From the human T2T-CHM13v2.0 reference genome, Homo sapiens: DNA of 64,000 bases. Both the position numbers and the translations under genes were made by a program. Below the pieces are notes generated by a model. It searched no databases and was not told where the DNA came from. It saw only the letters and a program-made list of their open reading frames with translations. The stretch lies in the NCBI RefSeq assembly GCF_009914755.1, contig NC_060927.1; one strand, 5' to 3'. Below are positions 1 to 15,840 of this stretch, piece after piece (within the stretch, counting starts at the first letter, position 1; the number at the start of each line of letters is the position of its first letter).

Positions 1-589
1 CAACAGAACAAATCAGATTGTTCAAAAGTAAACTCTCATATAAAATAAGAAGGGCATCACAAATAACAAGGAAATAAAGGATTGTTCAGTAGCCGTGGGA
101 CAACTGGGTAACTATCTCTTCCATTCATGTTAAAATGTATATCTTCCTGTCATTTAGATATATATTTGTAGACAAAATTTGTATTTCCTTCATTTTTCAT
201 AGTTTGATTTTTAATATACAGCAACCAACTGGAATTTATTTTATAATGTTATAAAGTGAGAATTAAAATTTGATTTATGGCTAACCAGTAGTCCCAGAAG
301 CATTTATTGACAAACTCTTCTCTAACTGATTTCTTATGTCTCCTTTTTGTACATTTATGCTCATACATTCACATGTACATGCATACACAGAGAGGTCTAT
401 TTCTAGCCCGTTTGTACAACAAAAACAAGACGGTTCTAGTTCGTACACTTCTGTCTCAGGAGGGAAGATGGACATTTTAAAAGGCAATCAAACTAAAAAG
501 CTATAAGTTATAATTGAGGAAGACTCTTATGCTTCTACCTAAAGTCTATTGTTAGGGTTCTATAACATTTATATATAAAATATCTATTC

Positions 590-1060
590 ACTCTATTCTT
601 TCTTTCTATGTGACCTCATCTATTTTTTTTTTTTTGGCCTTTAATTTCATCAATATGAAGATGGCTCAGAATGTATATTTCCACCTCTGATATCCTCCCT
701 GCTCTCCAGTCTCACATGTGCAACTGCCTACTTCACATAATTACTTAAATGTTGCAAAGACATCTCAAATTCAACATGATCAAAGCACAAGTCTTGAATT
801 TCCCACTAAACATGGTCCTCCCCTGGTCTTCTCCATTATGATGGTCACATCCTCCAACCAGCTGGGCAAGGCAGAAATTAAGAGAACCCCACACAACTCT
901 GTCTCCTATCACAACCAAACTTTCATGATATCTGTCAACTTAGTCTCTGAAGTCTATCTTAAATGTGCCAAATCTCTCCACTTACACCACATGTACATAA
1001 TTTCATCTCTCACCTGAACAATATCATTAGCTTCAAACTCGTCTCTGTGCTTTTGCTCCT
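590..1060 (+). mobile_element. LINE-2 (L2) fragment, highly diverged
   Basis: caactgcctacttcacat...catctcaaattcaacatg resembles the L2 core as I recall it; boundaries approximate. Confidence 0.6.
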
Positions 1061-1321
1061 TTTTATTTTTTAATGTATATTTACAATACGATTTAAAAAT
1101 AGTACTAAAAGGTGAATTCCAAAAACTACAGTCTCTTGCCTACCATGACTTAGGTATTTCATCCACAACAACCTTCTAATTTTTTAAACGATTTCTCTGA
1201 AAATTTATCCTTATATTTCTCAGTATCAGTTTTAATCATATTAATCAATTTCCCATTACAGTAAATGAATATTAAGTTATTTATTAAACACCTCCCCTTC
1301 CCTTCATTCTTGATGATATAA

Positions 1322-1622
<301 letters not shown>

Positions 1623-2557
1623 AACAAAATTTTTTATAATTCAATAACGACTTTTTATGAGGGACATGCAAATACAAGAACTAGTTTACCATGCTTATAT
1701 TTCTTTTTCTTTACACCTGTAAATTTTTTTAAAGTTAATAAAAACTTCATATTCCTATTTGCTCATTCACATCCATTATGTATCCATCAAATTAATCAAC
1801 CATATTAAATAATCATGAGTTCTTTTTTTACCCTGGAGACTTCTTTTCTGGTGGCCTCCACCCTCCTGCTCCAGTCTGGACAATTTGCTCTCTAGACCCA
1901 ATATTCAGCCGTCCTGCTGAGACTTTTATTTTTGATTTCCTGTTTTAAGTAACTCAGTATTCAAGCTCTCCATCTTTCTCTTAATTGTTCATTCCCTCTT
2001 TTTGCTGACTGCTCTTTGGCAATTTTTTTCCACATGATTAATAATTTGATTTCTTTAAAATTCTAGGTTATAAATAATTTTTCTTCTGAACGCTGAAGTT
2101 ATGCTTCCTTTATACTCTAGCATGATCTGCTGCTTTGGAGAAATTGCACGTTATTCTGATTCCCATTCTATTGTTTACCTGGAAACATTTAGAATATTTT
2201 CTTTATCTCTGACTTTGTGAAGTATCGGAATGAAAAAATTTAGCAATGTTGTCATCACTTTTTCTAGATAGTAGTGGAGTCTTGTTTCACTCGTTCTTCC
2301 CGCTTAGCTGTCTTTTCTTTTCCTTTCCTTTGCCTTGTCTTTTCTCCCTCTTTTCTTTCCTCCCTGCTTCCCTCCCTTTTTTTCTCTCTAAAAATTCAAA
2401 GTTTTACTTCCTTAATTAAGGCAATCCTGAATGTACAAGACAGATAAAATTTACATAGAAAGAGGAGAATAAATAAATTACCAGTTTTCAGAATCATAAA
2501 TGTTTTCTTAATGACTGTGAAAACATTAACAATTTAAAAGTTGCCGTTATGAACTCA

Positions 2558-5490
2558 GCTTTTGTTTTCTGGAAAAGTCTTCATTTCTCCCTCATGTTTG
2601 AAGGATATTTTTACTGGACACACTATTCCAGGGTAAAACTTTTTTTCCTTCAGCACTTCAAATATGTCATTCTACTCTCTCCTGGTCCTAAGGTTTCCTC
2701 TGGAAAGTCTGTTGCCACACCTATTGTATCTCCTTTGTATGTTATTTGTTTCTTTTTGCTTGCTGCTTTTAAGAATCTTTTTTTTAATCCTTGACCTTTG
2801 GGAATTTGATTATTCAGTGCTTTGAGGTAGTCTTCTTTGGTTTAAATCTGCTTAGTGTTCTATAACCTTCTTGTAATTAGATATTGATATATTTCCCTAG
2901 GTTTGAGATGTTCTCTGTTATCCTTTTGAATAAACTATCTACCCCATCTCTTTCTGTATTCCTTTTTAAGTCAATAACTCTTAGATTTGCCCTTTTGAAG
3001 TTGTTTTCCAGATCCTGTTGTTGTACTTCATTATTTTTATTAATTTTTTTTACTTTTCTCTCCTGACTGTACATTTTTAAATGGCCTGTCTTCAAGCTCA
3101 CTAATTCTTTCTTCTGCTTGATCAATTCTGCTATTAAAGGACTCTAATGCATTTTTTAGTATGCCAATTGCATTTTTCAGCTTCAGAATTTCTGCTTTTT
3201 AAAAACTGTTTGAATCTGTTTGTTAAATTTTTCTGATAGAATTCTGAATTCCCTCTCTGCATTATCTTGAATTTCTTTGCATTTCCTCAACACAGCTACT
3301 TTGAATTCTCTGTCTGAAAGGTCACATATCTCTGTTTCTCCAGGATTGGTTCCTGGTGCCTTATTTTGTTCATTTGGTGGGGTCATGATTTTCCAGATGG
3401 TGTTTATGCTACTAGATGTTTGTCAGTGTCTGGGCATTGAAGAATTAGGTATATTGTAGTCTTTGCAAGTCTGGGCTTGTTGGTACTAGTACTCCTTGAA
3501 AAGGCTTTACAGATATCTACGAGGACATGGATGTTTTGATATAAGTTTTATCTGCTTTGGAGGACACCCGAAGCCCACTAATGCTGTGGTTCTTGCAGAC
3601 TTGTAGAGTTATCACCTTGATTGTCTTGGACAATATCCAGAAGAGTTCTCTGAATTACCAGACAGAGACTCTTGTTCTCTTCCCTTGCTTTCCTCAAACA
3701 GATGGAGTCTCTCTCCCTCTCAGTTCTGAATTTGAAGTTGGGGATAGGGTGACACAAGAACCCCTGTGGCCACCACCACTAGGACTGTGCTGAGTCAGAC
3801 CTAAAGCCAGCACAGCCCTGAGTCTCACCCAAGGCCTGATGTAACAACCCCCTGGCTACCACTTTTGTTTGCTCAAGGTCCTGGGGCTCTACAATCAACA
3901 GATGGCAGCACAAGCCAGGCCTGTGTCTTTCCCTTCTGGGTGATGAGTTCCCCTAGGCTCTTAGAGAGTTTTAGAGGTGCTGGCCCTGGGAGGGTTGAGA
4001 GGTGCTGTTCAAAAGGCAGGGACTGGAGTCAACAACTTTAGAAGTCTACCTGGTATTCTATTGTTCTGATGCTAAACTGAAACTCAAATCACAAGATACA
4101 GTTCTTCTCACTCTTCTCTCCCCTTTTTAAAGGCAGAGGAGCCTCACTCTGTGGCTACCACCACCATAGGCCCATGGGGAATACTGCCAGACTACTGTTG
4201 ATATTCTCTTAAGGCCCAAGGGCTTTGAAGTCACCTTGTGGTAAATGCTGCTTGGCCTGGGACTCACCCTTCTGGTCAGTGGGTTCCTCTCTGGCCCAGG
4301 GCAGGTCCAGAAATGCCATTCAAGAACCACGTTCTAGAATCAGGGACTCCAAGAGCCCACTTCATGCTTTACCCACCTGTGGCCAAGCTGGCACTTAAGC
4401 TGCAAGACAAATCCCCTTACTTTTCTCTCAGCTTTCCTCAAGCGGAAAAAAATCTTGCCCCATAGCTGCCACAGCTGGAAATGTGTTGAGTCTCACCTGA
4501 AGTCTGCAAGTCTCACAGTCTCACCCAAGGCCTTTGATGTGTACCTGTGTATCGCTGCTGGCATTTAGGGCCCAAATGCGCTTCAGCTTGTTGATGATGA
4601 ATGCTGCCCAGGCTGGCAGCATTCCTTTAAAATCCTTCCTTTAAAGGTAGTGGATTCCCTTTTGGCCCAGGATGTGTCTAGGAATGTCATCCAGGAACCA
4701 GGCCCTGGAAAAAGGGCCTCACATCTCTGACCAGTACACTAACTTATGTGGCTGGGTTGGTATTTAAGATGTAAGACAAAGTCCCCCTTACTCTTCCCTC
4801 TCCTCTCCTCAAGTGGAAGAAAGGAATCTCTTTTAGAGCCATGAGCTGTGCAGCCTGGGGTTACTGGAAGGGTGATGATGCCAGCACTCCCTTATCCATC
4901 CTGACTGGTGTCTGAGTAGGTTGTGTGACCCCCGCATTCCACTGCCTCTGAGCCAAGTTCAGCACTAGGACTTGCCTCCAAGTTTCAGTGCCTGTGGCCT
5001 AGACATCCTTTCAAATTTATTAGGTCCCCATAGCACTTTAGCCTGTGGTGGCAAGGCTTGTGAGAACTCAAGGTCTGACCACTGGGATCCACGACTCTCC
5101 TCTGGCTAGTGCTCGTTTAAATGCTCTCTCTGAGGGCAGGCATCAGCTGAGTTGGTCTGGTTTTGCTTTCTGTTATAACAGGTCATCACTGAGTTCAATG
5201 CCTCACAATAGTTTCACTCTTCTTCTCCCCAAGACACAACAATGTTCTCTGTACCAAGCCACTGCCTTGAGAGGAGTGTGTGTGGAGGAGGGGTGGCATT
5301 GGCACTTGAAGAGTGTTTTTTCTATCTCATCAGTGCCTCTTTCAGTGGCATGAAGTTAAAACCAGGTACTGTGTGTACTCACCTGATTTTTTGTTCTAAT
5401 GAAGGTGCTTTTTTGTTAGATAGTTGTTAAATTTGTGTCCTTGGGAAAGGATGATGATCAAGGAAGCCTCTTATTCCACCATCTTGCTTC
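2558..5490 (-). mobile_element. Old L1 (L1M/L1MA-type): intact 5' end, 5'UTR and part of ORF1; 3' portion missing
   Basis: ccaccatcttgcttc at ~5476-5490 is the reverse complement of an L1 5' start (aagatggtggaata); minus-strand ORFs 2877-3125 and 3183-3386 are ORF1-like (CDLSDREFKVAVLRK; KRANLRVID). Confidence 0.85.
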
Positions 5491-6249
5491 TAAGTACTTA
5501 ATTTGAGGTTACAAATGGATTCAGAGTTCAATTACTTACCCTAGGAAATAGTTGTCACATTGCAAGTAGTTATAATTTTCAACAAATACTAGAATGGAAG
5601 TCAGCATATATAAGTTACTTCCATTCAAAATTTGTGAAAAATTTCTGGAATCCTGAGCATAACCTTGCAAAATCAGTCATATTCTAAGTTTGAAACTATT
5701 AATCCCTTTTAAATCAACACTATCTGTGAGAAGTAAATCGCATGTTTGAATATTATTCTCAACTTCCTTTGAATTCATTCAAAAGATTATATTGAATATG
5801 GATTCACATGGGATTTTTATGTTCTAATGAAGAAAATTTTTATATTTACTGATGGAAATTTTAATTTTAAATTTAAATGTTTTAATTAAAATTTTAAAAA
5901 CTTTCTCTCAAGTTCTCAGAAATAGAGTATCTGTATGATGGTGATTTTTCTATCTCTGGTTGAAAATAAGTCTATTTTTACTGAAATGCCTATGGATTTA
6001 AATTTTTCATGTAGTTTGCTTAATTGCTCATCATATATGACAGCGCCATTTCTGACTGTATTGATTAAATCAAGTTGCTTTTCACCCTAGTATTATTTCT
6101 TGTCTTATTTGTTAGAAATTCCACCAATCTGCAGTGATTTCAATGAATGTTGTTGATGTGTTCATAGCATTCACAGAAAGTGATGCTCATCATGCATAAG
6201 TGAGGCAGAAAGTAGTGAAAATTCCTAATAGCTAAACAAAGCTATTAGG

Positions 6250-7255
6250 TGAAGGGGTGGCCTGCCCCTCCACACCTGTGGGTATTTCTAGTCAGGTGGG
6301 ACGAGAGACTGAGAAAAGAAATAAGACACAGAGACAAAGTATAGAGAAACAACAGTGGGACCAGGAGGACCGGCACTCAGCATACCAAGGACCTGCACCG
6401 ACACCGGCCTCTGAGTCCCCTCAGTTTTTATTGATTATTATTCTCATTATTTCAGCAAAAAGGAATGTAGTAGGACAGCAGGGTGATAATAAGGAGAAGA
6501 TCAGCAAAAAACATGTGAGCAAAAGAACCTATGTCATAATTAAGTTCAAGGGAAGGTACTATGCCTGGATGTGCACGTAGGCCAGATTTATGTTTCTCTC
6601 CACCCAAACATCTCAGCGGAGTAAAGAATAACAAGGCAGCATTGCTGCAAACATGTCTCGCCTCCCACCATAGGGTGGTTTTTCTCCTATCTCAGAATTG
6701 AACAAATGTACAACCGGATTTTATACCGAGACATTCAGTTCCGAGGGGCAGGCAGGAGATGGTGGCCTTCCTCTATCTCAACTGCAAGAGGCTTTCCTCT
6801 TTTACTAATCCACCTCAGCGCAGACACTTTACGGGTATTGGGCTGGGGGACGGTCAGGTCTTTCTCATCCCACGAGGCCATATTTCAGACTATCACATGG
6901 GGAGAAATCTTGGACAATACCCTGCTTTCAAGGGCAGAGGTCCCTGCGACTTTCCGCAGTGCATTGTACCCCTGGTTTATTGAGACTAGAGAATGGTGAT
7001 GACCTTTACCAAGTATACTGCTTATAAACATTTTGTTAACAAGGCACAGCCCTAGATCCCTTAAACCTTGATTTCATATAACACATGTTTTTGTGAGCTC
7101 CAGGTTGGGTCAAAGTGGCTGGGGCAAAGCTACAAATTAACAACATCTCAGCAAAGCAATTGTTTAAAGTACAGGTCTTTTTCAAAATGGAGTCTCTTAT
7201 GTCTTTCCTTTCTATATAGACACAGTAACAGTCTGATCTCCCTTTCTTTCCCTAC
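6250..7255 (-). mobile_element. HERV-K (HML-2) solo LTR, older LTR5A/LTR5B type
   Basis: ~1006 bp; reverse complement begins (T)GTAGGGAAAGAAAGGGAGATCAGACTGTTACTGTGTCTAT and ends CCCACAGGTGTGGAGGGGCAGGCCACCCCTTCA, typical LTR5 termini. Confidence 0.9.
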
Positions 7256-7519
7256 GAAAATTCCTAATAGCTAAACAAAAATATCTTTTCATCACTTAAA
7301 AGTAAAAACATGAAAGAAAACTAATTTATACACCTATCCACCTATCTGCTATGCACTACTAGACTTTTTATATATATAAACTACCGATTAGGCCTTAATT
7401 CTTACACATTTCCTCAGTAGAAATCTCGTATCTTGAAATCCTGAATGTCTTGCCCAAATTCATTCAGCTCATCTGGATAGAGATAGACTTTGAATCAATA
7501 TTGCCTTTTCTTTACATCC

Positions 7520-9655
7520 TTTGGAGTTTAGAAAAAGGATAACTTTTGTTTCATTAATCTTTTCTGTTATTTTATTATCAAATTCATTTATTTTGCTCCA
7601 ATCTTATTTCTTTTCTTCTAATAATTTTTGGTTTCATTTTCTGTTGCTTTTCTAGATCTTTAAGATGCATCATTAAGTTGTTTATGGGAAACTTTCTACT
7701 TTTTTGATACAGCCACGTATTGCTATAAACTTTCCTCTTACACCACTTTTGCTATATCCCATGGGTTTTGATACATTGTTTCTATTTTTATTTATTTTGA
7801 GAAATTTCTAAATTTTCCTTTTAATTTCTTCATTCATTTAATGTTGTTTAGGACCACATTGTTTAATTTTCATTTGTTCGTAGAGTTTCCGAAGTTCCTC
7901 TTGTTATTGATTTTTTGTCTTATTCCATTGTGGTCAGAATATATACTTAATATAACTTCTTTAAAAAAACTGAGACTTGTTTTTTGGCCTAACATGTGGT
8001 CTAAGCTTGAGAATATTCCATGTGCTGAGGAGAAGAACATGTATTCTACAAGCTGTTAGATAAAATATTCTGTAAATGTCTATTAGGTCCATTTGATCTA
8101 TAGTGCAGTTAAATCTGATATTTCTTTGCTAATTTTATGTTTAGATGGTGTGTCCAATTCTGGGATAGGATGTTGAGGTACCAGGTATTATTATATCTGT
8201 CTTTAGCTTGAGTAATATCTTCTTTATTTCTTCTAATGCTCCAGCATTGGGTGCATATATATTTGCAATTTTTATATCTTCTTGTTGAATTAACCCTTTT
8301 CTCATTAAATAATAGCCTTCTTTGTCTCTATTTATAGTTTTTATCTTCAAATGTATTTTATCTGTATTTTCTGATAGAAATATAGCTACTCCTGCTTTAT
8401 TAGGTTCTTATTTCATAAAATGTCTTTTTCCATTTCTTAAATTTTAGTCTATGTGTGTCTTTATAGGTGCAGTGAATTTCTTGTAGGCAGCATATGGTTG
8501 GGCCTTGGGTTTTATTTATTTATTTATTCAGTCACATCTTTTTCGGGAAGAATTTAGACTATTTATACTCAATTTTATTGATAGTAAGAATTACACTGTT
8601 GTTTTATTATTTGTTTTTTAGTTGTTTTGTTGGTTCTCTCACTTTTATTTATTTATTCCTATTTTTCTTTGTGTAAAAGTGATTTTTCTTGGGTGATATG
8701 TTTACATTTCTTGCTTTTATTTTTTTCATATCTTTTATAGGTATTTTTGGATGTTACCAGGAGGCTTGCAAATAACATTCTATAATCAATTATTTCCAAC
8801 TCATGACAACTTAACTGTGATTACAAAGAAACAAACAAAAAACAAAAAGAAAAGTAAAAAACTCTAGTCTTCAAGTCCATTTCCCCTGCCTTTTGACTTT
8901 TTGTTATCTCTATTTATATCTTTTTATCTAGTCTATCTCTTTAAAAGTTGTTGTAGCTATTTTTTTTATTAATTTGTCTTTTAGTCTTCCCACTAAAGGT
9001 ATACATGGTTTTACACATTGCAATTACAGTGTTAGAGAATTCTGTATTTCTCTGTGTTACTGTTACTGGTGAGTTTTATACCTTCAGATGATTTATTGTT
9101 GCTTGTTAAGGTACTTTCTGTTTAGATTGAAGAACTCCTTTTAAAATTTCTTATAAGACAGGTCTGGTATTGATAAAATATTTTAGCTTTTGTTTGTCTA
9201 GGAAAGGGTTTGTTTCTCCTTCATGTTTGAATGATAATTTAATGAATATAATATTCTAAGTTGGAATTTTTCTTTCATCACTTTGAACCTTTCATCCCAC
9301 TCCTTTCTAGTCTGTAAGGTTTCCTATGAGAAGCTTGATGCCAGATGTATCAAAACTCTTCTATATTTTATTTGCTTCTTTTCTCTTGCTGTTTTTAGGG
9401 TCTTTTCTTTATCCTTGATCTTCGAGAATTTGATTGTCATCTGCCTTAAGGTAGTCTTATTTGGGTTGAATCTTTTGAGGTTCCTTAACCTTCTTGTACC
9501 TAGATATTCATGTCTTTCTCTAAGTTTGAAAAGTTCTCGCTGTTATTTTTTAAATAAACTTTCTACCCCATCTCTCTCTCTGCATCACCTTTAAGGCCAA
9601 TAACTCTTAGATTTACCCTTTTGTGGCTATGTTCTTAATCTTATAGGCATGCTTA
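7520..9655 (-). mobile_element. Old L1 (L1M/L1MA-type), ORF1 3' part and ORF2 endonuclease region, decayed
   Basis: minus ORF 8141-8350 (RDKEGYYLMRKGLIQQEDIKIANIYAPNAGA) is L1 endonuclease-like. Confidence 0.85.
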
Positions 9656-10974
9656 AGGAAAAATAATTTTATTTAAGAAAAAGTATTATATGGTCAGTTT
9701 TGCTTTGCTTAGGAAAACAAAAACTGAGATAATTTTTTTAAATTAAGGTTATTACATCCATGTATTTTCCTGTATGTTCTTTTAAGTCATTGTAACATTG
9801 GGTTACAGGGTTTTAACTCCTGGGTCTAAAAAGGACACAGAGTCCTGCTAAATCTTAAACACTGACAGCAATTAAAGCCTCATCTTCAGGCCCCATAGAA
9901 GATGCCAATCAAAATAAACTACATTCCTGAGACACAGGACAAAGAATAAGCTATTCAATTCCTCAAAGCCCAGGCCAAGGACTATTGCAGAACAAGTGGG
10001 AGCATAAGATTGTAAGGGCAAATTTTGAAAGATAAAATAAGTTCCATTCCTCTATAAATTAATCATTAGTATAGAAGGCACAGTGATGCAAAACCAGTAT
10101 ATAGACTCCCATGTCAGATCAATAAGGTTTTCTTGAAACATTAACCAACTCCTTAATAAAGGTTATAAAAGGCTTATGGAAGTTATATTTTATAATCAAA
10201 ATTAAATTTTATTGATTGTTTACAAAATTTTGAAAAACAAATGTAATTGGCTTCATGCTGTTTTTAATTAGAATTTTTAGTTAGAAAATTAAGTCTCCTT
10301 GCTCAAAGAATGAAGGTTTTTACTTTTTTGGAAATCCTTGAATTATCACTTTGGTTAAATGACTTTACAATGACCTGTAATCTTATTTTGTAATATCAAG
10401 TGTTTAAAACCTTTTATATTTGACAAACTTTCCAAAATCAAATTATAAATTATGTCTTTTTGTAACCTAATTAATCTTTTAAGACATTAGGCTCCTTAAA
10501 GTCCAAAAAAATGACATAGTTTGGCTTACTGGGTATAAAAATTATACAGGAAGCATTGTCAAATATGAAATAGTGTTTGGTTTTCTTTGGGCTGTATTTG
10601 TATAAATATGTTATTAGTATGTGTTCCAAAATTATAGGAAACTCCTGTAATTCTGATATAACTTATTGTACATTATCAGTAATAATCATAATCATTATGT
10701 CAAAATTAGTGAACCACAGATATAACAAATTTCCTTGTCAATTGTGTCTTTTGACTATGATTGCCTTACACCTTTTTTTTCATCCACAGACAATTGTTCT
10801 TGGAGTGTTCTTGGACATGATTGTCTTGTTTTGGTCTTGTTTAAAAGGTAGCTTTATAATCAGCTATAAAACTCCTACAGGTGCTCTTAAATGCAGGTTT
10901 CTGATAACTCTGGAGATTGTGACATCAGAATAGAGGAAAAACTTTCAGGACTCATGGAGAGCTGAAATGTTCAC
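9656..10974 (+). mobile_element. ERV1 MER4-group internal sequence fragment
   Basis: AT-rich non-coding stretch (gtcctgctaaatcttaaacactgacagc, agatgccaatcaaaataaact) typical of MER4-type internal regions; abuts a MER4 LTR. Confidence 0.65.
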
Positions 10975-10994
10975 GGGTGGGGGTAGGGGGGCTT

Positions 10995-11215
10995 GCTTTG
11001 AGCTGTCTCAGCCTTACTGGATGGAACTAATGTACTTCTTACATATTGATTGCTGTCTCATGTCTCCCTAAAATATATAAAACCAAGCTGTGCCCCGACC
11101 ATCTTGGGCACATGTCATCAGGACTTCCTGAGGCTGTGTCACGGGTACATCCTCAACCTTGGAAAAATAAACTTTCTAAATTAACTGAGACCTATCTCAC
11201 ATTTTGGGGGTTCGT
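10995..11215 (+). mobile_element. MER4A-type LTR, 3' half
   Basis: aaaaccaagctgtgccccgaccatcttgggcacatgtcatcaggac...aaaataaactttctaaattaactgagacct matches my recollection of the MER4A 3' end. Confidence 0.8.
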
Positions 11216-12315
11216 AGATAAGGGAGAATCCGCTGGGTTACTAGGAAACATCTCTTGCTCTCTTCTCTCTATTTTCTGCAATCAGAAGGAGTATCTCTTC
11301 ACCCTGGGCTGCCTAGAGTTGGAGGAGGGGTGATGGGTGCACCCTTGTGGCCAGCTCAGCTGGCACTGTGCAGGGTTGCACCTGGGTCTGCAGCCACTAC
11401 TACCTGGCTGGCTTCAACTGATATTTATTCAAGGCTCTAGACCACATTAGTCAGCAGGTGGTGAATTCTGCCAGGACTGGGTTCATCCCATCAGGACAAT
11501 GAATTTTCTTCTGTCCCAGGGTGGGTCTAGAAATGTCATTCAGGAGCAAAGCAAAGACCTAGAATCCAGGGCTTCAGGAATCTGCCTGGTGCTTTATTTT
11601 ACTGGAGCTGAGCTGGTATCCATGCTGTAGGCCATAGTCCTCCACATCTTTCCCTCTCCATCCACCAAGCAGGAGTCTGTCCTGGAACTGCACTGCCTGG
11701 AGTTGGGGAGAGGTAATACAGGTGAGCCCTTGACCACTACAGCTGGTGTCACACTTGGTTACACCATATGTTCTCTGCCTCCAAGTGTATCACCAGAGCT
11801 TACCCTAAACCGTAGACCTTGTGGCCTGACTAGCACTCAAATTTTTTCCAGGCCCCAGACCACCTTAGCAAGCAAATGGTGAAGCCAAGACTCAAGATTT
11901 TACCACTGAAGCCGGGAATCTCCCTCTAGTCCAGGGCTTGTTGGAATGCTTCTTCTGTGTGAGCTGGCAGAATTCTGCTCTGTGCTATGTTCCACTGTGA
12001 CAGGGCAGCACTGAGTTCCAGTGCAAAGTTCCACAATCACTTCACTCTCCCTCCCCCAAGCACACAGATTGTCTCTCCCATGCTATGCTACCTGCAGTTG
12101 AGAGAGGGGTGGTATAGACAACGCAGGTCTTTACTTCCCAAGTTCTTCAGTGCCTCTTTTCTTAATGCTATGTTTAAACCAGGTACCGAGGTCACTCACT
12201 CAATTTTTTTGTTCCTATGAAGGTACTTTCTTGTGTGGATAGTTGTTTAATTTAGTGTTTGTGTGGAGAGACAGTCACTGGAGGACTCTATTTGGTCATC
12301 TTGCTCTACCTCCCT
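11216..12315 (-). mobile_element. 5'UTR of the old L1 that continues at 7520-9655
   Basis: ctatttggtcatcttgctctacctccc is the reverse complement of an L1 5' start; collinear similarity to 3625-5490. Confidence 0.8.
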
Positions 12316-14700
<2,385 letters not shown>

Positions 14701-15310
14701 TTTTTATTATTAAAGAAATAGACTAATAAACCAATGGAAAAGAATAGAAGCCCACAGATAAAACTGTGCATATATAATCAAAAATCTTCACAAGGGCATG
14801 AAGAATATGCACTGGGGAAAGGATAATCTACACAATGACCAATGCTTGGAAAAGTAGATATGCACATGCCAAAGAATAAAATTGGACTCTTAGGTTACAT
14901 CATACACAAAAATCAGCTCAAAATGGATTAAAGACTTAAACCTGAAACTGTAAAACTCCTTAAAAATAACAAATAAGTTCCTTGATTATTTTTAAAAATC
15001 ACACCAAAATCTCAAGCAAGAAAAACAAGTGAACAAACAGAATACATCAAATTAAAAACTGTCTGCACAGCAAAAAAAAAAAAAAGAAAGAAAAAGAAAA
15101 AAAAAGATTACCAAAATGAAAAGGCAAACTACCAAGTGGAAGAAAATACTTGCCTACCATGATTCAATAAGACATTGTCTAAAATATATAAGTAATCATA
15201 CAAGTCAATAGGAAATAAACAAGCCAATTTAAAAATAGAAAAAGGACCTCCAAAGATATTTTTCCAAAGAGCATATACAAATGTCCAGCAAGTGTAAGAA
15301 AAGGTGCTCA

Positions 15311-15600
15311 GGCAAGGGTTGGTGGCTCACACCTATAATCCCAACACTCTGGGAGGCCAAGTGGGGAGGATTGCTTGAGGCTAGGAGTTCAAGATCATCC
15401 TGGACAACATGGAGAGATCCGATCTCTAAAATAAATTTTAAAAATTAGTGCTTGTGGTGGGATGTGCCTGTAGTTCCATCTACTCATGCTATTCAAGAGC
15501 CTGAGACAGGAGGATCCCTTGAGTCCAGGAGTTTGAGGCTACAATGAGTTGTGATCACACCACTTTGCTCCAACCTGGGTGACAGAGCAAGAGCCTATTT
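15311..15600 (+). mobile_element. AluJ
   Basis: ggaggattgcttgaggctaggagttcaag and gagtttgaggctacaatgag are AluJ-type; left TSD aagaaaaggtgctca at 15296-15310. Confidence 0.9.
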
Positions 15601-15840
15601 CAAAAAGAAAGAAAAGAAAGAAAGAAAGATAGAAAGAAAGAAAGAAGAAAGAAAGAGAGAGAAAGAGAGAGAAGAAAGAAAGAAAGACAGACAGAAAGAA
15701 AGAAAGAAAGAGAAAAAGAAAGAAAGGAAGGAAGGAAGGAAAAAGAAAGAGAGAGAAAAGGAAGAAAGGAGGAAAAAGGAAAGGGAGGGAAAGGGGAACA
15801 GGAAGGGAAAAGAAAGGAAAGGGAAAGGGGAAGGGAAGGG
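15601..15840 (+). repeat. GA-rich polypurine microsatellite (expanded Alu tail), part 1
   Basis: (GAAA)n/(GGAA)n/(GGGAA)n seen directly. Confidence 0.95.
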
